Source: Pedococcus sp. (GTDB lineage: Bacteria; Actinomycetota; Actinomycetes; Actinomycetales; Dermatophilaceae). Taken from it: a stretch of 64,000 nucleotides of DNA. Position numbers and translations under genes: made by a program. Position 1 is the stretch's first letter; every line of letters begins with the position of its first letter. Under the pieces are notes generated by a model. That model worked only from the letters and a program-made list of their open reading frames with translations, had not been told where the DNA came from and made no database searches. The stretch covers positions 10,224 through 74,223 of the forward strand of contig NZ_DATBMI010000189.1 in assembly GCF_036554925.1 (NCBI RefSeq). The letters are read 5' to 3'. Shown one piece after another: positions 1-9,064 of this stretch.

Positions 1-207
1 TACGACCACAGCAACCCGCTGCGCACGGAGTCGCCCTCTGCCGCAGCCGAGGTCGACGCCCGCATCCTGGAGGCGTGGGCCGACCACCCCCGCCGGTTCG
101 TCGTCGAGCCCTCCCACAGGTTCCTCGACAAGGCGGCGCGCGCGATCGAGATCCTGCACGCCGAGCTGCCCGCGTGCTGCTCCCACGGACCTGCGCTGGG
201 CGCCTGA
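1..207 (+). CDS. C-terminal fragment of a probable AAA-type ATPase (5' end outside window)
   Basis: Frame 1 is open from the window edge to TGA at 205-207. The tail ...HPRRFVVEPSHRFLDKAARAIEILHAEL resembles C-termini of AAA_28/NadR-like ATPases, from memory only. Confidence 0.3.
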   Translation, partial: YDHSNPLRTESPSAAAEVDARILEAWADHPRRFVVEPSHRFLDKAARAIEILHAELPACCSHGPALGA

Positions 208-234
208 CCGGCCTGTGCCCGGTGCCCGGCGGGC

Positions 235-2559
235 TCAGCCGTGCCGAGCGTGCTCGAGCAGCATCCGCCGCTCGGCTCGGGCGATCGCGGCGCGTGCCCG
301 CGGCACGGCATCGGGGTTGACCGAGATCGAGGTGATGCCCTGGCGCACCAGGAACTCGGCGAACTCCGGCCGGTTCGACGGCGCCTGCCCGCACAGGGAC
401 GAGGTGAGGCCCGCGTCGGAGCAGGCGGAAATGATGCGCCGGATGGCGTCGAGCACGGCGGCGTCGGACTCGTCGAAGAGCTCGGCGCAGATCTCGGAGT
501 CGCGGTCGACACCCAGCACGAGCTGGGTGAGGTCGTTCGACCCGATGGAGACGCCGTCGATGCCCATGGCGGCGTACTCGGGGATGCGGTAGACGACGGA
601 GGGCACCTCGGCCATGACCCAGCGGTGCATCCCGCGCTGCCGGCCGAGCGGGTGGGCGTCGATCGCCTCGAGGCAGGCCTCGAGCTCCCACCGGGTGCGC
701 ACGAAGGGGATCATGAGGTGCAGGTTGGGCGACTCCTCACGCACCCTCGCCAGGACGTCGAGATCGAGCGCGAAGATCTCGGGGTCCCGGACGTACCGGT
801 AGCAGCCGCGGTAGCCGATCATCGGGTTGGCCTCGACCGGCTCGTGCTCCGCGCCGCCGGTCAGCCCCCGGAACTCGTTGGTGCGGAAGTCCACCGCCCG
901 GTAGACGACAGGGCGTGGCGCGAAGGCCTGCGCGATGCGACGCACCGAGGCGGCCATGCGGTCGACGAACTCGGCGCGCCTGCCGGTGGCGAGCAGGTGC
1001 TTCGGGTGCTCGCCGGCCAGCGCGTCGGTGATCATGAACTCGGCCCGGAGCAGGCCGACCCCGTCGACAGACATGGCCGCCACCTCCTCGGCGTGGTCGG
1101 CGATCGCCAGGTTGACGTAGAGCAGGGTTGCCGTCGTCTCTGCCGGGGGAGCGGAGGCCGGAGCCGCGGCGCCCGACACCACCGTGGGGACGGCGTCGAC
1201 GGCAGGTGCCGCCACCCCGGCCCCGGGTCGAACGGTGCCCTTCGCGCCGTCGACCGTCACGACCTCACCGTCGCGCAGGACGGTGGTGGCGGTGCGGGTA
1301 CCGACGATCGTGGGCAGGTGGAGCTCGCGACCCACGATCGCGGCATGACACGTGACACCACCGCCGTCGGTGACCAGGGCGGCGGCGCGACGCATCGTCG
1401 GGACCCAGTCCGGGTTGGTCATCGTTGCCACCAGCACCTCGCCCCGCAGCAGCCGGGCGCCGTCCGCCGGGCTGCGCAGGATGCGTACCGGGCCGGTGGC
1501 GATGCCCGGCGCGGCGCCCAGGCCGCTCACCAGCACCCCGCCCTGGCGGTCCTCCTCGGGTGACGCGGGCCCCGTCTCCAGGGTGGTGATCGGCCGGGAC
1601 TGCACGATCCACACGCGTCCGTCCGAGATGGCGAACTCGGCGTCCTGGGGGACGCCGTAGTGGCGCTCGATCTCCAGGCCCATCCGGGCCAGGTCCACGA
1701 GGGTGGTGTCGTCCAGGACCCGCTGGTGCTGCCGCGACGTGGGCACGGGCAGTCGCTGGTCGTGGCCGTCCGGGCCGCGGACGACCTGCTCGGACTTGGT
1801 GCCGATGTGGACGTGCGTGACGCGCGGTCCGTCCTTGGACACCACGTAGGTGTCGGGCTCGACCTGCCCGCCGACCACGACCTCGCCGAGGCCGAACGAG
1901 GCCTCGATCACGAGGGTGCCCCGGTCGCCGGAGGCGGGGTCGGCGGTGAACATCACGCCCGACGCGTCGGAGTCGACCATCTGCTGCACCACCACGGCGA
2001 TCGCCGGCTCGGCCGTCAGGGCCTGCGAGGCGCGGTAGGCGACCACCCGGGCGCTCCACAGGGAGGCCCAGCAGTCGACGATGCGCTCGACGAGCTCGTC
2101 ACCGCCCCGCACGTTCGTGAAGGTCTCGTTCATCCCTGCGAAGGACGTCGACGCCGTGTCCTCGGCGGTCGCGGACGAGCGCACGGCCACGGGCGTCCCG
2201 TCGCCCATCCGCGCGTAGGCGTCGAGGACCGCCCGCCGCAGCACTGGCGGCATACCGGCGGTGTGGACGAGCGCCTGGAGCTCGCGCACCGCGCGGGTGA
2301 GGCCGTCGGGGGAGTCGACGTCGGCGCCCTCGACCGACCGCAGCAGTGCTGCGCGGACCCCGCCGGTCTCCATGGCGTCGAGATAGGCCTGCGCGGTGAC
2401 CACGAAACCCGGTGGAACGGGCAGGCCCGCCGCGGTCAGCTCACCCAGGTTGGCGCCCTTGCCGCCCACGCGGGACACGTCGGCTCGCGACAGGGTGTCG
2501 AACCACGCGACCAGGTCCGACCGGGCCGCCACCGCGGTGGGAACGCCGGGCTCGCTCAT
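235..2559 (-). CDS. ppsA: phosphoenolpyruvate synthase (pyruvate, water dikinase)
   Basis: About 775 aa. N-terminal PPDK_N ATP-grasp ([11 protein letters not shown]), central swivel His motif ([17 protein letters not shown]) and C-terminal PEP-utilizer TIM barrel. Start is ambiguous: ATG 2559 or TTG 2595. Confidence 0.85.
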   Translation of the reverse strand: MSEPGVPTAVAARSDLVAWFDTLSRADVSRVGGKGANLGELTAAGLPVPPGFVVTAQAYLDAMETGGVRAALLRSVEGADVDSPDGLTRAVRELQALVHTAGMPPVLRRAVLDAYARMGDGTPVAVRSSATAEDTASTSFAGMNETFTNVRGGDELVERIVDCWASLWSARVVAYRASQALTAEPAIAVVVQQMVDSDASGVMFTADPASGDRGTLVIEASFGLGEVVVGGQVEPDTYVVSKDGPRVTHVHIGTKSEQVVRGPDGHDQRLPVPTSRQHQRVLDDTTLVDLARMGLEIERHYGVPQDAEFAISDGRVWIVQSRPITTLETGPASPEEDRQGGVLVSGLGAAPGIATGPVRILRSPADGARLLRGEVLVATMTNPDWVPTMRRAAALVTDGGGVTCHAAIVGRELHLPTIVGTRTATTVLRDGEVVTVDGAKGTVRPGAGVAAPAVDAVPTVVSGAAAPASAPPAETTATLLYVNLAIADHAEEVAAMSVDGVGLLRAEFMITDALAGEHPKHLLATGRRAEFVDRMAASVRRIAQAFAPRPVVYRAVDFRTNEFRGLTGGAEHEPVEANPMIGYRGCYRYVRDPEIFALDLDVLARVREESPNLHLMIPFVRTRWELEACLEAIDAHPLGRQRGMHRWVMAEVPSVVYRIPEYAAMGIDGVSIGSNDLTQLVLGVDRDSEICAELFDESDAAVLDAIRRIISACSDAGLTSSLCGQAPSNRPEFAEFLVRQGITSISVNPDAVPRARAAIARAERRMLLEHARHG

Positions 2560-2625
2560 GGCTCCAGCGTCGCCACCCCTCGAGGCGGCAGCCAAGGGCC
2601 GTAGGTCCCAGACGCGGCAGGTGGG

Positions 2626-4140
2626 TCAGGGGGTCGGGGGCTTGCTGGGGGTCCGCAGCCAGGTGTCGAAGAAGGCGTCGAGGCTCTCGCCGGAGACCTT
2701 CTCGCACACCGCCTCGAAGTCCTCCGTGGTCGCCGTGCTGTCGTCGTAACGCTGGAGCCACCGGCGGGCGCTGGCGAAGAAGGCCCTGTCGCCGATCTCG
2801 AGCCTCAGGGCGTGGAGCGTGGCCGCGCCGCGGTCGTACACGGGCGCGACGAACAGTCCCAGCGGGCCCGGGTCGGCGACGACGACGGTCCAGAACGGGT
2901 CGTCGGCGGGGATGGCCATGACCTCCTCGAAGCTCGCCTGCGCCGACCGGCCGCCGCTCTCCTCGGCCCACAGCCACTCGGCGTACGACGCCCAGCCCTC
3001 GTTGAGCCAGATGCCCCGCCAGAGCTCCGGGCTCACCGCGTTGCCCAGCCACTGATGGGCCAGCTCGTGCGCGACCGTCGACTCGCTGGCCACTCGGGAG
3101 TACACGGGGCGGGTCTGTGTCTCGAGGGCGTACCCGACACTGTCGTCGTCGACGATCGCGCCGAAGGAGTTGAACGGGTAGCGGGTGAAGGTGTCCTCGA
3201 AGAAGGCGATCATGTCGGCCTGTCTGGCCAGGCTGGCGCTCGTGGTGGCGGCGTTGGCGGCCGTCAGGTCCTTGTCGACGGCGTTGACCACGGCCAGGCC
3301 GCGGTCCGTCTTCGAGGTGTGGAGCGTGAAGTCGCCGACCGACGCCGTCGTCAGGTAGCTGGCCTGCTGGTCCGGGGCCTTCCAGAACCACGTGGTCCAG
3401 CCGTCCTTGGTGACGGGCTTCCGGCGCGGCAGCCCGTTGGCCACGGCGACCTTTCCCTCGGGCACCGTGATCTCGAAGCCGTAGGTGGCCTTGTCGGTGG
3501 GGTGGTCACTGACGGGGTACCACGTCATGGCCCCCTCGGGCTCGTTGACCACCATGGCGCCGTCGCGGGTGGTCACCCAGCCGTAGAGCGCGCCCTCGAT
3601 GTCCGTCGGCCGGGTCGTGTCGCCGCCGTAGGTGACGACCACCCGTGCGCGCTCTCCCTTCGTCAGCCGTGGCCGGGGCTGGATCGTCAGCTCCCACTGG
3701 CGTTGCGCGTCGTTCTGGACCCGCCAGTAGGCAGCGCCCTCGACCTGCTCGCCGGGGCTCGGTGGGTCGACCTCCTCCGCGGACCTCCCGTTCACCTCGA
3801 CCTCGTGCACGTCCAGTCCCCGCAGGTCCAGGTTGAAGCGGTCGAGGTTCTGGGTGGCTGTCAGGTCGATCGTGGCCACGCCGCTCAGCCGGCCGACGAG
3901 GGGAGCCGGCTCAGGTGCGGGCGGCTGGTAGGTCAGGTCGAGGTCGTAGTGCCTCACGTCGTAGCCGCCGTTGCCGGCGAAGGGGAAGTACGGATCTCCG
4001 GCACCGGAGTCGCCCGGCGTCGCTGCCTCCCCCCTCGGCTCGGCCGCAAGGGCGGCGACGGGCGTCGCGCCGGGAACGGCCACTGCTGCAGCCGCCAGGG
4101 CTGCCAGCACGGCTCCGGTGGTCCGTGTACGAGCACTCAT
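2626..4140 (-). CDS. exported M1-family zinc metallopeptidase
   Basis: HELAHQWLGN...WLNEGWASYAEW gives HEXXH-x18-E. ATG 4140 is preceded by AAGGGGG. N-terminal signal-like segment is TGAVLAALAAAAVAVPGATPVAALA. Confidence 0.85.
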   Translation of the reverse strand: MSARTRTTGAVLAALAAAAVAVPGATPVAALAAEPRGEAATPGDSGAGDPYFPFAGNGGYDVRHYDLDLTYQPPAPEPAPLVGRLSGVATIDLTATQNLDRFNLDLRGLDVHEVEVNGRSAEEVDPPSPGEQVEGAAYWRVQNDAQRQWELTIQPRPRLTKGERARVVVTYGGDTTRPTDIEGALYGWVTTRDGAMVVNEPEGAMTWYPVSDHPTDKATYGFEITVPEGKVAVANGLPRRKPVTKDGWTTWFWKAPDQQASYLTTASVGDFTLHTSKTDRGLAVVNAVDKDLTAANAATTSASLARQADMIAFFEDTFTRYPFNSFGAIVDDDSVGYALETQTRPVYSRVASESTVAHELAHQWLGNAVSPELWRGIWLNEGWASYAEWLWAEESGGRSAQASFEEVMAIPADDPFWTVVVADPGPLGLFVAPVYDRGAATLHALRLEIGDRAFFASARRWLQRYDDSTATTEDFEAVCEKVSGESLDAFFDTWLRTPSKPPTP

Positions 4141-4458
4141 TGGTGCCCCCTTAGCGTGGTCCCCACCACAAGCACTTCCAGAAGGCCGGGCCCCGATGCG
4201 GGATGACACGAGGTCCTGCAGTCACACGCCGACCAGTCGAGGCTAGCAGCGGGGAAAGGTCGCGTCGACGCCCCGCAGCGGCCGCGCCATCCGGGGGTGA
4301 ACGGGGTCTGTCGTCGACAAACACATGAGTGCTTCCCACCTGAACGGCTGAGGTGCCCCGAAGTCGCCGGTGGCATTCTTCTGACAGCCGCCGTTCCGAG
4401 AGTCACCGCATGACCGAGAACAGCGGGTCTGCCTGCGTCAACCCCCGGCCAGGCACAT

Positions 4459-4507
4459 GGAAGCGCCGCGGGCCAAGCTTCCCCCGGGCCTGGTCCGCGG
4501 CGCTTCC
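4459..4507. promoter_or_regulatory. perfect 13-bp inverted repeat GGAAGCGCCGCGG / CCGCGGCGCTTCC with 23-nt spacer
   Basis: Read directly in the 480-bp divergent region between the exported M1 peptidase gene and the small membrane protein gene. Confidence 0.6.
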
Positions 4508-4625
4508 TCCATGATGGCGGGTCCGGTGCGTCGTGCGACAGAGCCCACCTGGGTCATTCGGTCACGCCGAACGGACTAGTCACTCCACCCGATGCACCGG
4601 GGCAGCGGCGTCCTACGCTCGACCC

Positions 4626-4811
4626 ATGCGCAGGGGTCTGTCGATCGGCGCGGGCGCCGTGCTGGCGCTCGTGGGTGTCGTGTGGACCCTCCAGGGGCTG
4701 GGCCACCTCGGCGGCAGCGTGATGACCGGAGTGACCTTCTGGGCCGTGGTCGGGCCACTGGTCGCGCTCGCGGGTCTGCTGCTCGCGGTCGTCGGGGGCC
4801 GTCGCCGCTAG
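4626..4811 (+). CDS. small two-TM membrane protein (hypothetical)
   Basis: 61 aa from ATG 4626 with two hydrophobic helices (LSIGAGAVLALVGVVW, FWAVVGPLVALAGLLLAVVG). No recognisable family. Confidence 0.4.
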   Translation: MRRGLSIGAGAVLALVGVVWTLQGLGHLGGSVMTGVTFWAVVGPLVALAGLLLAVVGGRRR

Positions 4812-4839
4812 GGACTCCTGCGAGGGGGAGCGCGTGCGC

Positions 4840-5775
4840 CTAGCGGGGAACCGACTTCCGCAGCTCGATCAGGTGCAGGGCGTGGCGCTCCAGCGCGACG
4901 TCCTCCTGCGAGGCCGGCACCCAGGTCGGGGCCGGGGCGGCCTGCCCGTCCGGCGTGAGCGGCACGAAGACGATCAGGCAGTGGGTGGTGAGCTCCATGT
5001 CCGCCGTGGCGGGATCTCCGGAACGCACGTGGACGCTGACGTGCAGGCTGCTGCTCCCGGTGTGCAGCAGCCGTGCGTCGACCTCCACGAGGTGACCGAT
5101 GCGCAGGGGTCGGTAGAACCGCACGCCACCCGCATAGACGGCCACGTTCGCGGCGCTGCCCGTCCACCTCGTCGCCAGCACGTGCGCCGCCTCGTCGATC
5201 CACCGCATGACGATCCCGCCGTGGACCTTGCCGCCCCAGTTCACGTCGGTGGGGGCCGCCAGGAAACGCAGCACGACACGCGGCGCCGTGCCGAGGTCGC
5301 TGTACGTCTGCGCCGCCATGGCGGTCTCGATCTCGCGGCGCAGCGCGATCCGCCTCATGGCGAGCTCCTGAGCGCGCGCGTCCGCCTCGGTCTGGGGCTC
5401 GAAGGCCGGCACCTCGACGGGACGGCCCTCGCCGTCGACGGCGACGAAGACCATGAGGCACTCGGTCGCGCTCGACAGCCGGGCTGTCTGCGGGTCGCCG
5501 GAGCGGACGCTCACGAGGATGTGCATGCTGCTGCGGCCGGTGTGGACCAGCCGGGCCGTTGCCTCCACCAGCTCCCCGACGGCGACGGGGCGCGAGAACT
5601 GCACGTTCCCGACGTAGGCCGTGACGCAGTAGCGGCCGCTCCAGCCCACCGCACACGCGTATCCCGCCTTGTCGATCCACTCCAGGACCCTGCCGCCGCT
5701 CACCCCGCCGGAGTAGCCGGCATCGGTGGGGGCGGCCAGGAACCTCAGGGTGATCTCGGGCTGGCCGGTGGGCAT
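4840..5775 (-). CDS. acyl-CoA thioesterase, tandem hotdog domains
   Basis: Two internally similar halves (LRFLAAPTD...GGVSGGRVLEWIDKAG and LRFLAAPTDVNWGGKVHGGIVMRWIDEAA). ATG 5775 has an AGGAGA Shine-Dalgarno (SD). Confidence 0.8.
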   Translation of the reverse strand: MPTGQPEITLRFLAAPTDAGYSGGVSGGRVLEWIDKAGYACAVGWSGRYCVTAYVGNVQFSRPVAVGELVEATARLVHTGRSSMHILVSVRSGDPQTARLSSATECLMVFVAVDGEGRPVEVPAFEPQTEADARAQELAMRRIALRREIETAMAAQTYSDLGTAPRVVLRFLAAPTDVNWGGKVHGGIVMRWIDEAAHVLATRWTGSAANVAVYAGGVRFYRPLRIGHLVEVDARLLHTGSSSLHVSVHVRSGDPATADMELTTHCLIVFVPLTPDGQAAPAPTWVPASQEDVALERHALHLIELRKSVPR

Positions 5776-5876
5776 GCCGTCTCCTGTCCCGGTCGTCGGT
5801 CCGCTGGGCACTGCGCGCCCAGACCGAGTGTGCCAACCACGCGGCCTGCGAGGACACCGGTTGGCACCGGCAGCCC

Positions 5877-5917
5877 GCGGCGTTGACCGTCCATGGCGGC
5901 GTTGACCGTCCATGGCG
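5877..5917. repeat. perfect 19-bp tandem duplication GCGGCGTTGACCGTCCATG x2 (plus partial third GCG)
   Basis: Read directly: 5877-5895 equals 5896-5914. It lies between the divergent thioesterase and the hypothetical gene. Each copy carries TTGACC and the CCATGG palindrome. Confidence 0.9.
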
Positions 5918-5936
5918 CCCGGAGGAGGCTGGCCCC

Positions 5937-6563
5937 ATGTTCGGCCCGATCGACCTCGACGCGGTGGATGTCCTGCGCATCAGAGTCGCCTGCAGCAGCG
6001 CACCCGAAGGCCCTTCGCTGGAGGTGTTCCTCCTCGACACGCACCTCCCGCCCGGGGCCGGCCCCTTCGAGGAGTCGGTGTACCTCAAGGCGCTCGAGCC
6101 CGTGCTGCACACACATGGGCCCCGACCGGAGCCGTGCGTGGTGCGCCTGACACGGACGCACCGCAGCGAGTCGGGCACCCATGGCGAGGCGGAGATCAGT
6201 GTCGGCCTGTCCACGGCAGGCGGGAGGGCGGTCGACCCGGCGACGAGAGAAGCGGTCCTGTCCGCGTTCCGGGACGTGCTGCGACGCGTCGACCTCGTGA
6301 ACGGCCACACCCCTGACCACGCGGAGGCCATTGCCGAGGCTCGGCTGCGGGTGCAGGAGGGCTTCCCTGACGTGGACGCGGCCTCCCTCCTCGTGACGGA
6401 CGAGGAGCACCGCGCCAGCGCGGGCATGTGGTCCGTTGGCCTCGCGCTGCCCGAGGTCGCTCGCTTCAAGGTCCTGCTCGGGTGCGTGGACGGCGTCCCG
6501 GGGACGACGCACATCACGCGCAGGCCGACGACCGAGGTCGTGGACTCCGTGGGCACCGGTTGA
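5937..6563 (+). CDS. hypothetical protein, no recognisable domain
   Basis: 208 aa. ATG 5937 lies 8 nt after GGAGGAGG. Codon usage resembles its neighbours. Confidence 0.55.
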   Translation: MFGPIDLDAVDVLRIRVACSSAPEGPSLEVFLLDTHLPPGAGPFEESVYLKALEPVLHTHGPRPEPCVVRLTRTHRSESGTHGEAEISVGLSTAGGRAVDPATREAVLSAFRDVLRRVDLVNGHTPDHAEAIAEARLRVQEGFPDVDAASLLVTDEEHRASAGMWSVGLALPEVARFKVLLGCVDGVPGTTHITRRPTTEVVDSVGTG

Positions 6564-6609
6564 CCCGGCCGTCCCACGCGGCTGTCAGCGGCTGGGCGGG
6601 CGACGCGCC

Positions 6610-7758
6610 TCAGATCCAGCCGCGGCGCTTGAACACCCCGTGGAGCCCGACGCTGACCAGGCCCATGAGCACGACGGCGAACGGGTAGCCGAGCTGCCAG
6701 CGCAGCTCCGGCATGTTCTCGAAGTTCATCCCGTAGACGGTCCCGATGAGGGTGGGCGCGAAGAGGATGGCCGCCCACGCGGAGATCTTCTTGACCTCCT
6801 CGTTCTGGGCGTTGCTGGCCTCGGTGAGGATCCTCATCTCCTCGTTCTGCTTCTGGGCCACGAGGGTCGCGTTGACCGTGAGGATGTCGCGCAGCAGGTG
6901 ACGGAAACCGTCGACCTGCTCGATGACCTGGATGAGGTGGTCCTCCACATCTCGCAGGTAGCGCCGCAGCTCCTCGTCCGTCCCGTACTTCTCGAAGCCG
7001 GCGCTCAGCGCTTGGGTCACGGCCGCCAGCGGCTTGGTCGCGCGCTCGAACTCGATGACCTCACGGGTCAGCTCGTACGTGCGGCGCGAGACCTCCGGGT
7101 CGCCGTGGAAGACCTCCGTCTCGATCTCGTCGATGTCGTTCTCCAGGCCCGCCACGACCGGGACGTAGCCGTCGACGACCCGGTCGAGGATCGCGTAGAG
7201 GATCGCCTCCGGGCCGAGGGCCAGCAGGTCCGGGTTGCTCTCCAGCCGGCGCCGGACCGCGGAGAGGTCGGGCGCCTCGCTGTGGCGCACCGTGATGACG
7301 AAGTCGGGTCCGACGAACACGTGGACCTCGCCGAACTCGACCTCCTCCGCCTCGTCGAGGTAGCGCGCCGCGCGCAGGACGACGAAGAGCGTGTCGCCGT
7401 ACCGCTCCAGCTTGGGGCGCTGGTGAGCCACGATCGCATCCTCGACGGCCAGCTCGTGAAGGTCGAACTCGGCTGCGAGAGAGGCGAGTTCGTCATGGTT
7501 GGGACGGTACAGGCCGATCCAGGCAACAGCGCCCTCCAGCTCGCGGAGGCTCCTGAAGGTCTCTGACAGGCTCTCCGGTGAGACCGTGCGGGCGCCGTCG
7601 ACGTAGATGGCGCTGTCAACCACGCTCGACCGCCGCTGGCCGGTCCCGTCGTGGTCGGCAGGAGGCACCGGTCGCAGGGGCGCGCCCGCAGGCGGGCCGG
7701 TGCGGCGGGTCACACGGTCCGCGAGCGTGCGGATGGGCTTGAAGCTGCGCTCAGACAT
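6610..7758 (-). CDS. corA: CorA-family magnesium/cobalt transporter
   Basis: 382 aa. C-terminal two TM helices carry the signature YGMNFENMPEL (GMN motif). Confidence 0.9.
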   Translation of the reverse strand: MSERSFKPIRTLADRVTRRTGPPAGAPLRPVPPADHDGTGQRRSSVVDSAIYVDGARTVSPESLSETFRSLRELEGAVAWIGLYRPNHDELASLAAEFDLHELAVEDAIVAHQRPKLERYGDTLFVVLRAARYLDEAEEVEFGEVHVFVGPDFVITVRHSEAPDLSAVRRRLESNPDLLALGPEAILYAILDRVVDGYVPVVAGLENDIDEIETEVFHGDPEVSRRTYELTREVIEFERATKPLAAVTQALSAGFEKYGTDEELRRYLRDVEDHLIQVIEQVDGFRHLLRDILTVNATLVAQKQNEEMRILTEASNAQNEEVKKISAWAAILFAPTLIGTVYGMNFENMPELRWQLGYPFAVVLMGLVSVGLHGVFKRRGWI

Positions 7759-7836
7759 GACGGCTCCGGGAACTGCGCTGAGATGGGAGACGACACAAGC
7801 AGACCCGTGGAAGGGGTCAGGTCACAGGCTGGTCGT

Positions 7837-7875
7837 TCAGTGGCTGGATCGATGACTGGGAGGTTCACCGCTCAT
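7837..7875 (-). other. candidate 12-codon upstream ORF in the corA leader (MSGEPPSHRSSH)
   Basis: On the minus strand, AGGAGG is followed 8 nt later by ATG (7875), with a stop at 7837-7839. The stop lies about 80 nt upstream of the corA ATG. Confidence 0.25.
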
Positions 7876-7993
7876 GGCGACCACCTCCTGCTCGTCCAGC
7901 GGCAGGCGCATCCTCGCCGCAGTCACAGCATAACCCGCCGGTCGGCGCCCGGAAGGTGAAACACGATGACGCCCAAGGTCGGACGCCAGCGGA

Positions 7994-8023
7994 CCCCGCC
8001 CCCGAGGCATTCTCGGGGCGGGC
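7994..8023 (-). terminator. GC-rich hairpin downstream of the VOC gene (possible intrinsic terminator without U-tract)
   Basis: CCCGCCCCCGAG-GCATT-CTCGGGGCGGG. About 11 bp of stem with a one-base bulge, roughly 30 nt after the stop at 8055. Confidence 0.4.
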
Positions 8024-8054
8024 CCGCTGGGAGGTCAGGAAGACGTCGGGGCCG

Positions 8055-8471
8055 TCACGCGTCCTGGGGCTGGGCGATGTTGACCATCCACCCGATGCCG
8101 AACCGGTCCACGCACATACCGAACTCGTCTCCCCACATCTGCTTCTCGAGAGGCATCGAGACGGTGCCGCCGTCGGCCAGCCTCTGCCAGTAGCCGCGCA
8201 GCTCGTCGGGGTCGTCGCCGCTGAGGCTGATGGAGATGTTCGTGCCGGGAGTGTGCTCCATCCCGGTGGGGGTGTCGGCGCCCATGAGGGTGAAGCCGCG
8301 CTCGGTCTCGAGCTGTGCGTGCATGATCTTGTCGGCGTCGGGGGAGCCCTGGGCGCCGTACTCCCCGAAGGTGTTCATGGTGAGGGTGCCCCCGAAGACG
8401 TCCTTGTAGAACTCCATGGCAGGGCGGGCGTTGTCGGTGAAGCTGATGTACGGGTTGAGTCGAGAGGCCAC
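8055..8471 (-). CDS. VOC/glyoxalase-fold protein (PhnB/YjdN-like)
   Basis: 138 aa. MASRLNPYISFTDNARPAMEFYKDVFGG...MWGDEFGMCVDRFGIGWMV is typical of the PhnB-like family. GTG start has an AGGAGG SD. Confidence 0.75.
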   Translation of the reverse strand: MASRLNPYISFTDNARPAMEFYKDVFGGTLTMNTFGEYGAQGSPDADKIMHAQLETERGFTLMGADTPTGMEHTPGTNISISLSGDDPDELRGYWQRLADGGTVSMPLEKQMWGDEFGMCVDRFGIGWMVNIAQPQDA

Positions 8472-8620
8472 GGCTTCCTCCTGGTGGGAGACGGGTACGT
8501 CGGCACCCTAGCCCCGGGACGAGCGGGGCGCCGTCGGGCCGATGGACGGTACCGCTCCGCTGTGCCCGGCAGGCTGCCGCCGGGGGCGGGCCAAAACGTG
8601 AGGTCCACCAGCCCCGCCGC

Positions 8621-9064
8621 TCATCGTCGGTGCCGCGCTGAGGGCACCACCAGGACCGGCTGGTCCGCGAACTCGAGCACGTGGCGGGTGAGGGCACCCA
8701 CGTACGGCTCACCGGTGGCGAGCCGGGCCGACTTCCCGATGACGATGAGGTCCGCGGACCAGGCGCGCGCCGCGTCGAGGATGGCGGACCCGATGCCGCC
8801 GGCCAGCACCATCGTGTCGACCTCGACACCCTCCGCCTGTGCCAGCGTCGACACCCGCGCCAGCAGCCGGGTCACCGACTGCTCACGTCGGCCCCCGAGA
8901 GGACGCCCGGTCGCAGCCTCCAGCGCGGCGTCGAGCTCGTGGTCCGCGAGGGCGTGCACAGCGCGCACGTTGGCGTGCAGCTCACTGGCCAGGAGGAGCG
9001 CCAGCCTGGTGGCGGCGAGGGAGTCCGGGGAGTCGTCGACAGCGAGGAGGATGCGCTCGATCAT
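8621..9064 (-). CDS. universal stress protein (UspA family)
   Basis: 147 aa. ILLAVDDSPDS...ADLIVIGKSARL...HVLEFADQPVLVVP. Its ATG (9064-9062) overlaps the TGA of V-ATPase subunit D as ATGA. Confidence 0.85.
   Translation of the reverse strand: MIERILLAVDDSPDSLAATRLALLLASELHANVRAVHALADHELDAALEAATGRPLGGRREQSVTRLLARVSTLAQAEGVEVDTMVLAGGIGSAILDAARAWSADLIVIGKSARLATGEPYVGALTRHVLEFADQPVLVVPSARHRR

Noticed and set aside
7759-8054. M-box (Mg) or other riboswitch upstream of corA
   Set aside because: I could not recognise the conserved M-box core or any other riboswitch consensus by eye. It is kept only as a leader/uORF observation pending an Infernal scan.
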